A stretch of DNA of 63,410 nt from Chara braunii (Eukaryota > Plantae > Charophyceae), in contig BFEA01000025.1 of the NCBI GenBank assembly GCA_003427395.1, forward strand, positions 4,638,265 through 4,701,674. The letters are read 5' to 3'. The notes below the pieces were generated by a model that worked only from the letters and a program-made list of their open reading frames with translations, made no database searches and had not been told where the DNA came from. Positions 50,201 to 63,329 of this stretch are shown here, in pieces. The position numbers and the translations under genes were made by a program. Within the stretch, counting starts at the first letter, position 1. The number at the start of each line of letters is the position of its first letter.

Positions 50201-50640
50201 CGTGAAGAGGTGGTTGTCTACCAGACGGTCAAACAGTTCATCCACGAGAGACATGAGATAATTGTTCTTAACCGTGTAATGGTTAAGGTCAGGATAGTCA
50301 ATACAGAGGCGAAAAGTTTCGCCCACTTTGTGAACAAAGAGGACGGTTGCACCCCAAAGGGGGGTTACTGGGTTTATTGGAACCAAGTCGAAGGAGCTCC
50401 TCAAGCTGACGCTTAAGTTTCATCGCCTCTGAAATCGACAGTCGGTAGGGTGCTTGATGGTGGATGCGATAGTCAGGCACAAGTTTATAGAATGCTCAAC
50501 ACCACGCATCGGAGAGATCCCGCTTTATGAGAAATACGGGGGGACGACGTCACGGTACTCTCGAATCAAATCATGGACGACAGACTCTAAGTCGGTTGTG
50601 AACCACGTGAGTTCCTCAATGTCTGCGTCGGCACGAGCCG
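47246..50640 (-). mobile_element. Decayed Ty3/Gypsy chromovirus pol (RT, RNase H, integrase, chromodomain)
   Basis: LCIDYPDLN, FTKIDLRSGYHQIR, VYLNDILIYS, QLRSFLGLTSYY, CPIAF..AEINY..E.EVLAVV..HWRHYLHG, HHCC (HD...GH...CRTCQ), VHNVYHVS, EYLVRWKGYPDEEATWEP. Many frameshifts. Confidence 0.93.
49605..49795. repeat. 68-bp tandem triplication inside Gypsy pol
   Basis: TATAGTAA.TA.TGAG..CTAGGAA..TGCGAAGCTGCTTGG at 49605, 49673 and 49741. Confidence 0.9.
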
Positions 50641-50641
50641 T

Positions 50642-52584
50642 CGTCGTACCAATACCCTTACAAGGGTATTTGGCGTGTTTTTTGCAAGTCATCCCGGTGC
50701 GGCCTTGATCGAAGTTGACGACGCGCTCGCGAATGGGAGTTGAGTCCTGCCCAGATGAGCGGTGCATGCGGTGCGTCGATGGCAGGGTGCAACCCTCCGC
50801 GTCCAGGGGGTGCGCGGCGTCACAGGCCAGTGGGACGCGCGGCCCCTCGTCCCCTTAATTTTCTTGTGTTCATCGAGTTTATATTTATTTTTATTATTAT
50901 TATTATTATTATTTTTTTTATTATTTTTTTTTTTAACGGACGTTGTTGACATAGTGACCGGTTTTGAGATCGACGTCGGACCGATAGGCCTGACTCAGCT
51001 ATTGTATTGTCTGACACAAGTGTTCATCACCGCAGTCGAGGATCTTGAGCACGCGCCTTTTTCGGCGAGGCCGCTTAGGCTCCTGCGTGTTTTGGATGCA
51101 GACAAAACTCCTCTATCCTACCTACGTTGAAGCACGGACCAAAGAGGTCGATGTGCGTAAGAGTCATGGGGTCCGTGGTCGTGTATTCCCTCGCTCCCCA
51201 TTTGGAGAGTGTCGATAGCCTAAAGTGGAAGGGAATCAGAGAACATTCCGAGCGGGCCGTGTGGGCACTGCTTGTGTAGGACGATGCCAGAGGAAGCGTT
51301 GACGGAGATTGCAGCCACACCGGTGCGAAGGCCGTTTGTCGGATTAATTCATAATGGCGGAAGGCTTATCGAACCGTCTGGCAGTCGGGTCCATTCGAAG
51401 TTCCCTTAGGCATTGTAGGATCGAGAGAGTGCGCTAGAGCCGTCAGGGCGGGCCGATGTGCTAAGCGCTATCGGGTCAGGGAGCAAGGGACAAGGCTGAC
51501 AAGGTGATGAAAAACGGTGGAGTGAACCTGGATGGGAAAATGCGTCGGGTGCATACGAGTATCAAAGCGGAGATGGTAGCGAAGGAGAAAGCGAAGTAGG
51601 GATTGAAACCGCCTATCACGCCCGACCCTTTATGGGTTTTGGCGAAGGAAGATGCAAACTTAGAGGTTTTCGCCCCGGCCGAATCGCATGTCGGGGTTAT
51701 TTTTTGTGATAGGTTAGTAGGATAGACAATAGAGAGAAAATGAGTTGGGCGGAGATGGCTATGGAGGGAGAAGAAGCAAAGATGAAAAGTGTCGATCTCA
51801 ACCATTTCTTGATAAAAACGGGTGAGGGAGGATGCAGATCGGAGGTTTTCGGGGATCGTGATCCCGATTTTGTAGTTAGTTCGGTCTGAAAGTTAGTAAA
51901 TAGGTGACTCGTTTGATAAATTGGTGCATGGAGCTATGAAGGAGGAAGGTTGAAAGTGTAGAATTTCGGTCGTTTCTTGACTGATGTCGGCGAAAAAAAG
52001 TTTTCCACTATTGTTTTGAGTCATCGCGAATGCGATGGCGACGTCTGTTTCGAAAATAAGAAACCGGTTGGGGCCGCAGTAGTGGTTAAGAGATGCGGGT
52101 TGAGCATGAGGAAAGGGAAAGGGGGGTGCAAGAAGGAAGGCAGTGTATCTTTCCATGTTCTAGTGGAAAATTCACTCGGATTTTACGCACACTATTGAAG
52201 GAAGTAACCTTCTATCTTTGTGCACATATGTCAACAAGGCATAAGTACCTGTTCCACTTGTTACTGGGAGATTCATTCTGAATTTGAGGATCTGTGCGGG
52301 AGCGGATATTTACCTGGCAGTAGTCTGTGTCAGACGCATGAACGTAGGTGAGAGAGAGCAGGTGCACGGAAGGGTGATATACAACTGCAGTTAGAGAGAG
52401 CGTCAGGAGGTAGAGATGGGTAGTCAGACTTACCTGGTAGATCGATGTTGTGCGCCGTACTGCGCCCATAAGCGGTGCACCTAGTCGTGTTATAGTAAAG
52501 GATCCAATTCCCTAGGTGGCGGTGCAATTTTCCCATGTCCCGGTGGAAAAGTTAGTTCTCGTTTCGCACATTTCGGTGAATCGG
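50642..52584 (+). mobile_element. Diverged left-end fragment related to the 2539-9889 element
   Basis: Starts with the same AATACCCTTACAAGGGTAT hairpin (compare 2549) and shares short motifs such as TTTCTTGAT.AAAACGGG and ACTTACCTG. It truncates Gypsy pol. Confidence 0.55.
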
Positions 52585-53916
52585 TGTCGAGCGCATCGGT
52601 CACGCGCAATGTGGGATCCTCCCGACCGCATCACACAGGAGTTGGTTTACTTTCGTCACGATACACATGGACCTTCGGCAAGCCGCTCCAGCCGAGTGCG
52701 CCAACCAAACCTCTCACGAGCCCCTACGACAGGATAGGGTCAACGCGAGGTGCAATTTTACCTCCACATGCGGGAGCTGTCACCTCCCATCGGTGGGCGT
52801 ATCCCCGCCGAGCTACCAGTTCACAGTACGAAAGCTAATCAGTTGCAATCGCAGAGGTGGACCAGCCGAGGGTGTTTCTCGTTCGTTGTAGCATAGGGGG
52901 TACACGAGGTCCCACGCATCTATCGGACCCGCACGCGAACCGATGCACTAGGGGGCTGAAGTCTCAGGCGCGACTTGTCATCGGTCGACTAGGACGCATC
53001 CCACTCACCACGCGTTACACCACACCACTCACACATACGGAATGACACAAAACAAACAAATACAACAACACCCATAGTCCCTTTTGTAGTCATCCTATAA
53101 CCTTCCGACTTGGAAATCGGATAAGCAACGAGCACGAAACTTAATATAAAATCGGGCGGACGCAGAGTCTTTCCATATGGACTAGCAATGCATGAATGCG
53201 CAAGCAGTCGCAGTGATGGCGTACTATGTAGTGCCCATGATCAAGCGGTCTCTCGTGGATCCGAGTACCACTTATGACACTCAAGTGTCAATCTCGAAGT
53301 ATCGTGAGGGTCAAGCCCTTCACGATATTGCACGGCTGAAGAAACAGTCGTTCGGCTCCCGCGACACCTTCGACCCTTAGGCTAAGTGTCCCAGGGGGCA
53401 GGGCAAATAGGCTCTGCGAGGGAGTGACCCCTTCCACGGAGAGTCTAGGACCTGAGATGTCCTGGACGGGGACCTCGAATCCAGGCCCAGGACCAACGTC
53501 TGACTATGAAATTAAAAAAAAACAAAACGGTAAAGGAGGGGAGTATCCTTTCCTCTCTCAATCTCAGCCCCAATTAAACCCTTAAGTGTGGGCTCATTAG
53601 GCCACGCAAACGCTCAAACATAGGTATNNNNNNNNNNNNNNNNNNNNNNNNNNNNNNNNNNNNNNNNNNNNNNNNNNNNNNNNNNNNNNNNNNNNNNNNN
53701 NNNNNNNNNNNNNNNNNNNNNNNNNNNNNNNNNNNNNNNNNNNNNNNNNNNNNNNNNNNNNNNNNNNNNNNNNNNNNNNNNNNNNNNNNNNNNNNNNNNN
53801 NNNNNNNNNNNNNNNNNNAGTCAGTGAAACTCCAACGAACCAATTTTTCACAGCCCCTCGTTTGTTGTCCTCTTCTCTCTCTCTGCCTACGGTTTACCGG
53901 GAAGTTCTGTTTGTGA

Positions 53917-53962
<46 letters not shown>

Positions 53963-54300
53963 AATAAATATGTGACAATCCTTTCTCACAATCACAGTGA
54001 AACTCCTCTCAGCCATATATATGTATGTGATCGCAGACAGACAATTCCAAAGTCCGAACCACAAAACATACCTGCATTCACATCAAAGAATCAACCAAAA
54101 GTGCACACACTACACAGGGTCAACTTCAACCATTCTCTATACTTATACCCCTTGCTTTAGCCATGCAAACCTCAGCCTTTGTCCAACCTTCCAAAATAAA
54201 CACTTAGTACCTTCGTTAAATGACCATTCAATAAAAGTCTGGGTGAAAACCTTAATAAAACAATAAAAATCATCAGGGTTAAAGCCTTTTAGGTTGGGTA
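52585..54300 (-). mobile_element. Inverted right-end fragment of the 2539-9889 family
   Basis: Begins TGTCGAGCGCATCGGT (reverse complement of the terminus) and aligns to about 8440-9889. Confidence 0.85.
53819..53919 (+). mobile_element. Degenerate copy of the hammerhead-bearing repeat
   Basis: AGTCAGTGAAACTCCAACGAACC..CACAGCCCCTCG...TTGTGACG plus (AT)n. The 5' part is lost in an N gap. Confidence 0.85.
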
Positions 54301-54484
54301 ACGAGATTAGGTCAAACGAATTTTGTCTTTTCCCTTAGTATTGACCCTTTCCATTCTGAATGACCTTATCTACCTATACATGTCCGAATGATTACCATCC
54401 TCTATCACCTCTGACTCTTTTTCGTCTAAGTTACCTTTGGTTTTGAAAACAAGAACAGTTAAAACCTACTTGTGATGAACACAT

Positions 54485-54625
54485 TTTCTTTCTTCAGGAA
54501 GCATCTGGGGTGGGGGTTCGTTGCTTCAGGAGTCGGCCCTGTTATCGACCTAGAGTGGACCGTTTTTACGGGGGGGTACTTTGCCGATTTGGTGGAGACG
54601 ACCCGACTTCTGAGATCCGAGTCTT
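54485..54625 (+). repeat. Dispersed repeat shared with about 60685-60820
   Basis: GCATCTG.GG.GGG.GTTCGTTG..GTCGGCCCTGTTATCGAC..GAGTGGACCG..CCCGACTTCTGAGATCCGAG occurs at both loci. Confidence 0.75.
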
Positions 54626-55199
54626 GTGCTCAGACGAGGAGGAGGAGTACCTCAAACCACTTCCTAGAGGAAGAGGCATGCAACACTTCAAGCAATGCAT
54701 CTGATCAATAATCATCTGCAAAACAGTCTGTCATCTAAAAAGATTGGAAATGTATGAAGACGAGTATGTGCGAACTTAATCTTAAGTCTGGGACAAGTAG
54801 AATGAATAACTTGGCACCGCATCTCATCAAGTCAAAACCGAGGTTGTCCGACTACCTTGGTGGCTGCATCTATGCCATTGTCCGAAGTCAACTCCTCGTT
54901 GGCAGCTGTATGATTTTTGTAGAGTTCGACCTGGGTTGGTCAGATTTTATTTTGATCTTGTGTCTTTGGATGTTTCTAAAGATAATTTTGATTCTTCCAG
55001 TTATCATTTCAGATTAGATATATGTTCTTGTCGACTACAGTTGATTCCTTTTTATGTAATTACGAGTGTTTGTTATAGCTTTCTTTTTGAATGGTGTATA
55101 AAGGGAGTAGGATACTTGTGGGTTTCACGCTTGGTTGAGACTTTCCCATTTGATTGGCGTCCGCTTCGTACTTAGGAGATCAACAACCTAAGGAAACGA

Positions 55200-55608
55200 C
55201 GACGTCCGGGCTCAATAGGCGTTTTAACCACGCGTACCTATACTACAGCGAGCAAGCAAACACCCACGACTGACTCACCTCTGCGATTGCATGTAAAAGC
55301 TTCCACACGTGGGGCAGTAACTCGGTAGGGATACGCCCCTAAGGGTGGTGACAGCCCCTTAGGGAAGCAAGTTGTGCCTTGTGGAAACCTATCCTGTTGT
55401 AGGGGACTGTGGGAAGTGCAGTTCGCGCACCCGGCCAGAGCGGCGAAGGGATGACACGACCGCGCCCGTCTCGGCAGTTCGCTGTATTAATTATGCGTCG
55501 TCCCCGAGTTATCTCTTGGTTATGTTTTGTTTAAACTCCTGCGTGACATGGCCGGAAGGGCTCTCGCCTCTTTGCAAAAAAAAAAGGTGGGAGCCGATGC
55601 GCTCGAGA
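55200..55608 (+). mobile_element. More diverged right-end fragment of the 2539-9889 family
   Basis: Shares CACCTCTGCGATTGCA, GGGATACGCCC, AACTCCTGCGTGAC and CCGATGCGCTCGA. Confidence 0.75.
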
Positions 55609-55827
55609 GGTGTAAAAAGATAAAGAGCAGGTTGCCCGTTGAAAACAGGCGCCCACAACCTCGCTTGGAGGCTCCAACCTCCTAGCAACGCCACCTGAGA
55701 CTGCAACTCGTCTGCAGTGCATATTTCCACATTTTAACGGAGGGTTCATTCGAATTTGCTCATCCTTCGTTTGGGGTAACATGGGGCTATCTTGCAGGTA
55801 AGTAGGCGACCCCCCCCCTTTTTTTCC

Positions 55828-55921
<94 letters not shown>

Positions 55922-56227
55922 GTAAGGCAGTGTATCTTTCTATGTCCTAGAGATAGATCCATTCGATCTTGCTCATCTGATGGAAGTATCATGAGGCGTG
56001 CCAAGCATCGGAAACCCTGCCCGTTCATCGGGAACCTAAACGACTAAGAAAAAAAATAAAAATAAAAAAATTTAAAAGAATAAATTTAAAGCAAATCTAA
56101 AAACGAAAAAAAAAAAAAAAACTTACCTAAAAACAAGAAATGGTTGCCCGTTTATAACTAACACCTGCTTTCCATTCCAATGGGGGGAACTAAGATTCTC
56201 TTTTCCTCTAGGTGCGCCACCTGGCGC

Positions 56228-56278
<51 letters not shown>

Positions 56279-56393
56279 GTGACATCCTTACGCATGGGTC
56301 ATGCAACTACTTGCCCGCGGCCGATTTTGGCTGTTCGATCTTGCGATGGCGAGGTCAAAATCAACCGCGCCAGGTATGTATGACTGCTCCGAT

Positions 56394-57587
56394 AAAAGGA
56401 GCTAGCGCCAGCAGGGTGCATTCAGATTCGATCCTGGTATCTGCTGGGTGAGAGTCGTGTGATGAAACCTACTGGGCTAGCTCCTGTTCCACGTTGAACA
56501 GGAGTAGCTCTTCATTACACGCAGATAGTCGTCCAACGATCTAATAGGTCTCGTTCCGCCCCACCATTCAAACACATGATTGTCGGCCCCCAATGAAAGT
56601 GAGCACCCATTCGCGTAGAGTAGGCCACATGCCCCTCAATGTGTTGACGTCGGTTCAAGTCCCGACGAAAAAACCCTAAAAAAAAATAAGTTAAACTTTT
56701 AAATTTTGAACCACTACGGTTTTGGCAAGCTCCCTTTCCGCGGCTCTGATGAGCACCCAGTCAGGTAGGCCACGACGTCGGCTTCCTGGCACCCGACGCT
56801 GAAATCAAACCTCAAGGCTTGATAAAAAATCATCATAATAAAAAAAAAATAATAATAACCTACGTACCCTTTTTTTTCCTGCGTTGCGGTGGGATAGAAA
56901 CCCTGACAAGGGTATCTGCCCTGTATTTTCAATATCGGACGATGTCCGAATTATGATGAAAGTTTTGAAAGGTTTGGTCTGATGAAATAGAAATACTCTC
57001 GGAATGTTCCGACTCGTCCGCGATTTGAATGAAATTTAAAATGTTATGCAGTCGACTATCTGTCGACAGATGTAATGGCAAGGATGGACGGTGTAACCAG
57101 GCGCCCTTATATTAAAAACGAGGTCGGAGAGAGAGACGGCGGTGAAACACTAAAATAAAATATTATTTTGACTAAAATTTGGTCGTGCGGCTGTTAAGCC
57201 GCGCGATTCAGGACTAGAAAAACCAAAAATTAGCCGTGTCAGGGGTACGGCGGCAATAAGAAGGGCTAACACGGCTAAGAGTGCCGTGTCACTTCAAAGA
57301 GAACGTACCGTCAGGGGCCCGAGGGCGAATCCACGGACAAAAAAGGTGGATTGCCTGGACTACCTAGTTGGCCACGTGACGGTGCGGCCTGCCCTTGGCA
57401 GGGATAGGCAGACTGTACCTGCCTAGCCTGGAACGCAGGCAGCCTACTGGGCGGCAACCCTTCAAATAGAAGGGCGGCTGGTATAGCTCCCGTGATAGGA
57501 GCTAGCCCAGTAGGTACAACATTCGACTTCCACCTAACTGGTGTTGGGATCGAGCCTCATGATGCTCTACCTGGGCTAGCTCCTTTT
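56394..57587. repeat. Two inverted copies of an about 90-bp self-complementary unit (AGGAGCTAGCCCA ends)
   Basis: 56394-56485 and 57497-57587 are diverged reverse complements, each bounded by AGGAGCTAGC...GCTAGCTCCT. Confidence 0.65.
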
Positions 57588-57654
57588 TGGAGCTGCCCAC
57601 TACATGAGCTGCCCACTACATGAGCATGAGCCACAAAAACGGTCGCGCGATTGC

Positions 57655-57708
57655 AGCATGGCCCCTGCGCAAGGATGACACACATAAATTGAAAAATGGC
57701 CAAAAAAA
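57655..57708 (+). pseudogene. U6 3'-half fragment
   Basis: AGCATGGCCCCTGCGCAAGGATGACACACATAAATTGAAAAATGGCC plus A run. Confidence 0.85.
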
Positions 57709-58062
57709 CTTTCTCGATTGCTTAAGGAATCGAACTCGGGCCTGTACATCGGCAGGAGAAAGGATGGGGGGAATGCCAGCAAGGCTGGCGTAGGGTGCAA
57801 TAACCGTTGGTTTATGCCAACGACATTTCTTAAAAAAAATAAAAAAAAACAAGCAGCAGATGGCGCACCGAGAAGAACAGGGACCTATAGGCGCACCGAG
57901 CAGACACCGTTTTCAACAGTGTCAGACCATTTTTTTTTTCTTCTGTTCTTAGATTTTTTTAGATTTTTTTTAGATTTTAGTTCAGTGTCCGTTCGTTTTA
58001 AAAACGGGCAGCTGGGCATTGTAACGCCTGAACCAGGCGCTTGTGACGCCTAGGTACAGACA

Positions 58063-58139
<77 letters not shown>

Positions 58140-58469
58140 GGGGGGTGATGATTGTGTTGTTTCGTCGGGCTTGCACCGACTCATCAGGGGGCTGCACCCC
58201 GACAGCCAATGACAGGATGAGCAAAATCGAATGAATCATCCGCTATAACGTGGCAGTATGCATGGCCCACTGCTGTTTGGAATGCCCAGGCGTTCGTTTC
58301 GTGTGCTTTAGCAGGCAAAACGAAAAACGAGGTAAGTCCTTTTTTTTTTCTTTTTTTTTTCTCTCTCTTATTGTTNNNNNNNNNNNNNNNNNNNNNNNNN
58401 NNNNNNNNNNNNNNNNNNNNNNNNNNNNNNNNNNNNNNNNNNNNNNNNNNNNNNNNNNNNNNNNNNNNN

Positions 58470-58502
<33 letters not shown>

Positions 58503-61500
58503 TTGCCTCGTGAGGAACAAAAGGAAGAAAAACCTTTTCAGGCTGTTTAGGAGCAGGACCATTGGACCAACTCCCCATTCAGAAAAACCACGAATATTCG
58601 TGGCCGCGAGATCTGGAATCTCGTGGCTCACGATGCGCAAGTGGGAATGAGACTGTGGGAGTTGGTTGGAGGGAGAGAGAGGAGAACATGGGAGTTGGGA
58701 GGAGGAGGTCCTACTCCTCCCAACCTGCCAAGTACCCTCCCCGTTGGCTGGGGAAAGGGCAAGGTGCAATATAGTTAGGATTAGTTTTATTTTATTTTTC
58801 TTTTAGTTGTTTTTCTTTATTCGTGTGAAGACCCTTGTCCTCACGAGGTGTTACCTGTGGTACAAGCTGCCAGAGGTAACTGTCAGGCTCCCGTTTTTTA
58901 ACGGAGCTTGGAAATTGAGGGGCGACAAAGGAAAAGGCTAAGCACAACCTTTTCCCCGATGTATCTGCCCTGAGAAAGGGTCCAGATACATCAAACTGAA
59001 AAGGGTTGTATCTCCCCAACCCCTTATCAAAAAAATAAAAGAAAAACAGTTTTGAAAATGGCAGGAGCCCAACTATCTTGTGACATTCCGAGATAGTTAG
59101 AAAAAAGAAAAGAAAAAATAAAATGGGAGTTAAAGAAACTGCCCCACACTAAGGTTGTGGTTGTAGTGTGACCACAGTTAGCCCTGAATCTTGGCAAGAT
59201 CAAGGGCTCAGTGTGAGCCCACGATTTTGCCTGGGGGCTGGAGTGACGTTCAACCCTCCTCAGCCACTATAAGATTGGCAGCTGTCCCCTAGCTGCCACA
59301 CAAAGCACTCGTGCTGCCATTGAGTGACGTGCAGACTTGAGTGCTGCTTGGCTGCTGGGAAGCTGCCAGAGGCAACGTGGGAGGATGACTGGTGTTCTGC
59401 AGAGGAGCGCGAGGAGAGGAGTTGGGCAGCCATAGTCAAGGCAGGGAGCACTCTGCTCCCTTCCTCTTTGGCTGGTGCTGGTCCGACGGGACTGACCCAG
59501 GGACGCTGCAGAATTGCGACAGTACGGCGCTGTGAAATTTGGGCCCCAGGCCCAAATTTTACTAATTTTGGCCAGTCATTTTTCCACTGTAGGGAAATGC
59601 TACCAAAATTTCACAGTGGCGGGTAAGCGGCCACAAGGCTATTGACGGCAATACCGGCGGTGGTGCGGAAGCGCTGCCGGATTTTTGTGGCTGCAGATCT
59701 GGTTTTTGCGGCGCGAGCGGAAGCGCTGCCAGATTTGTGCAGCGACAGTTCTGGTTTTCACGGCGGTGTTGTGAAAGCTCTGCCGAATTTTTGCGGCGAC
59801 GACGCTAATTTTAACGGCAGACGTGCGGAAACGCTGCCAATTTTTTTTTTGCAACGACATTAGTTTCACGGCGGTGCCAGCAGTGTTTCTGCACTGAGCG
59901 GCGACTGGACATTGGCGCAGGGAAGGTGGCACTGAAGTGGTAGTATATTTTGAAGTGGCGTGAGCGTGATGCCACAGAAACACGGTGGCGCTGAAGGCGA
60001 CTGACGGTAACGTGAAGGCGCCGTCAGACTGTAGGGAAGTAATTATATTGGACGAGTGTCGAGACAAGCGATTGTTTTAAGAAGTGGTGTAGATTACTTT
60101 GTTGACAAGTGGGGGCGACAACCTTCATGTCGAAAGGGGCGTGAATCTATACGTTTTTTTTTGGTGTGCCGTTCAACTTTACTCAAGGTCAGTTCAATAA
60201 TCAGTTTGACTCAGGCTCTTTCACGCCCGTGTGAACCCACACTTTGTTTGACCTTGGTCATTGAATGTTCTCTGAAAAGGTAGACGGAATGTGTGTCTGC
60301 GTGTGTGAATGTAAATCTGACATGAGTCTGGGTCTGCATTGTTTTCTTTTGACTATAGTTTGACCTGACTGCAGGTGTGATTTATTGAAACGAAAGTGGG
60401 TTTGACCGTGAGGCGGCACATGAATGGTTGCTCTCGCATCACCACACTTGCATATATCAAACTAAGAAAGAAAGAAAACGATAAAAGAACAAGCGATCAT
60501 AAAGAAAAGAGAAACCTGAATGGACATAATTTTTTTTCCAAGGTAACCAGTTCTTTTCCAAATGACCCCTCTATCTATGCCCATCTGTCTTATTGAGTTT
60601 CTTTTCCATGATCTTTCCTTCCTTCGTCTAAGCTGCCATGACGTCAGGCGACAAGAGGTCGTTGGCTCACCGTGGTAGATTCCTTTCCTTTTCCTAGGAG
60701 GCATCTGAGGCGGGAGTTCGTTGTCTTAGGGGTCGGCCCTGTTATCGACTCGGAGTGGACCGCTTTGCAGGGGGTACCATGCTGTTGTGGTGGAGCCAGC
60801 CCGACTTCTGAGATCCGAGGTTCTCTCGGGCAAGGATGAGGGGTATCCCAAACCACCTCCAAGGGGAAGGACATGTGCGTATTCACGAAAGACCTCTAAA
60901 ATTTCTTGGCTCCTTGCGTAAGGAAGAACTGTTATAGTATACCCTTTTGGTGGCCATATTAGGAGCCACTGACGAATGGGGAACTGGTGCCATAAGCAGC
61001 CCAGTTCATGCCATACTAGTTCAAGCAGAGTGCAATTAGGCACTCTTGTCGTGGACGGTCGTGCCATAAGAAGCACGCGTCGATGGGAAGACGGATATCT
61101 TAATAATACTCGATGGTAAAGATTTTAATTTAATCACTTTCATCTTTCTTTTCAAATGGATGCAAGGACGACAGTTTGTCACCTCTTCCACAATCGTGAC
61201 GCAGCAGCGGAATGGGCTGAGTCCTCAAAATGCAATGGAGAGAGATTAGAGAGAATAGGGCGGGTTGTCTTTAATCCGTATGAACTCTGAGGAGGATATT
61301 CCACGATTCTAGGGTGACACGCGCGGAACCCCCCTAGACGACTTATTTTCAGGTTAAGGACTGGATTGGATATTCTTCACTACGAGTTTGCTTCGCCACT
61401 GCCCAAACGTGAACTTAGTCGTGATGCAGTCGTATGAGATTAACCCACGAATGGATGAGATTCCCGAGATAAGGTTGACGTTCGTTCACTTCATACTTTG

Positions 61501-62920
61501 GATGAACGAACGACATATATGATACGAGACGGTTGCAAGCGAACAAGTTCATTATTCTACGTGTTGAGCTATTCTCTGAGTATGCGTGGCAAGACGAGGA
61601 GGATGAACTTGTGGAACGGTTACATGACTAATAGGGTTTTATTCTTACTCGCAGATGCCTGGAGTTCGAAGAAATTTGACGATCCCGAGGTACCTGCTGG
61701 TTCGTGATACATCTGAGGACGACCTCATCAGAGGAACGGAGCAGTTTTTATGGGTTCGAGATGGTTCTTCTATTGAGTGGACCGGCTTTATCGGCTTACT
61801 CCGAAATGGCGAGGCATTCTTCCCTAATACTCGCGCAGATTTCCGACCAAAAACTGCTCGGACTTCGGATAAATTTATTGGATATACTTTGTATTTTCAC
61901 CGAGCGAGCAACCTCCAATGTTTCTCTAGAGTCATTGTGAGCATTAAGATTACCTCGTCTGGCAGACGTTTCTGCGTCGTTCGAATCCGGGATACAGAGA
62001 CTAAACACTTGTTTGGACTAAGTCGGTCTCTTCGAGTCATGGTATGGAGACTAGCCTTGCGGGTGACCTCCTTCTATGGTACTTGAATCATTAGAGTTAT
62101 GGGAGGTGGGCGAGCGACGACCCTGGTTTTCGACATTGATGAGTTTGCCCGATTGGACGTATTGGAGACCCAAGTGCATAGTGGACGACAAATTTACCAG
62201 GGTTAGACGCAATTTTTTGGAAATCTTACTCGGATTCCAGAAAACGCCTCGCATAGACTAATCCCGTCGAGGGAGCCATATGACTATGGCTTCACGAGGT
62301 AATCTCAAAATAAAAACAAAAATATTTTATTTAGATAGGGTCGCCGGATGGATAGTATTCGGACTACCCCAATGATTTCACTATCATACTTTGGCATTGA
62401 GGGGTAAATATACAGGAAAGAAAAAGTAAATAAATACTCCATCATTAGAAAGGAGTCAACATAGAAAACTAGTATGAACAGTTTTCAAGTTGCACTTTAC
62501 AAGGTAACCTTAGCCACAGAATTCATAAGGATCCGACTTTGGGCTTTGGCTTAAAGGATTGAAAAAACTTTTCTCCGATAAAATAACTCTATATCAACAA
62601 CGAGGAGGAAAGCACAGTGGCATGATCTTTCCATCAGACCAAACCAGTTATATTTGTGGTTATGATTGCTGAGGTTATTGATTGAAAGGATGACTTTGTT
62701 TATATATATTGCTTTAAGCATGATCGATTTTGCCTGGATAAGTTTTATATATATACATGTATATATATATACTTATATATATATTTGTTGTTTCATGGAT
62801 GTTTTGCTGGCTTGTGATGGGGTGTGAACCGACAGTCTGTAGAGTTTTTCATCTGGTGTGAGGGGTGATAGTCTACTTTGATTTTGGTTAAGGTAGATAA
62901 TCATTTACAGTGTAATCAGT

Positions 62921-63002
62921 GAGGGGATTTTGCAGACTGTTGAGGGTTCAACCTCCTGATGAGTCGGTGAAACTCCGACGAAACAGTTTGTCACAGCCCC
63001 TC
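62921..63002 (+). ncRNA. Type I hammerhead ribozyme with an extra hairpin
   Basis: CTGATGA at 62956-62962; stem II GTCGG/CCGAC; GAAA; stem III ACA/TGT; GTC cleavage site after 62992; stem I CTGT/ACAG plus GAGGGG/CCCCTC. Confidence 0.88.
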
Positions 63003-63329
63003 GTTTGTTGTCCTCTTCTCTCTTTCTGCCTACGGTTTACCGGACAGTTCTGCTTGTGACGATATACGCTACGACTTCGCTAGCTTTCTGCTACGGTTTT
63101 TTTCGGTCAGGTCGAGCTGCAGTAGTCGGGGCCGTTACTAGGCGGCCATGCTGTGCCTCTAGTGCCAGCGGCATGTCTGGAGTGTATTTTTTGGCTATGA
63201 CAAACCTGTCTTGTTTCGTGGATGTTTTGTTGGCTTGTGACAGTCTGTAGATTTTTCCATCTGGTGAGGGTGAGTGATAGTCTACTTTGATTTTGGTTAA
63301 GATAGATTATCATTTACAGTGTAATCAGT

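Noticed and set aside
52427-52440. U1 snRNA 5' end (ACTTACCTGG)
   Set aside because: Similarity stops after about 10 nt; better explained as an antisense splice donor.
60900-62700. Coding remnants upstream of the hammerhead repeats, possibly a PLE RT C-terminus
   Set aside because: Short broken ORFs with no recognisable motif; needs TBLASTN or HMM evidence.
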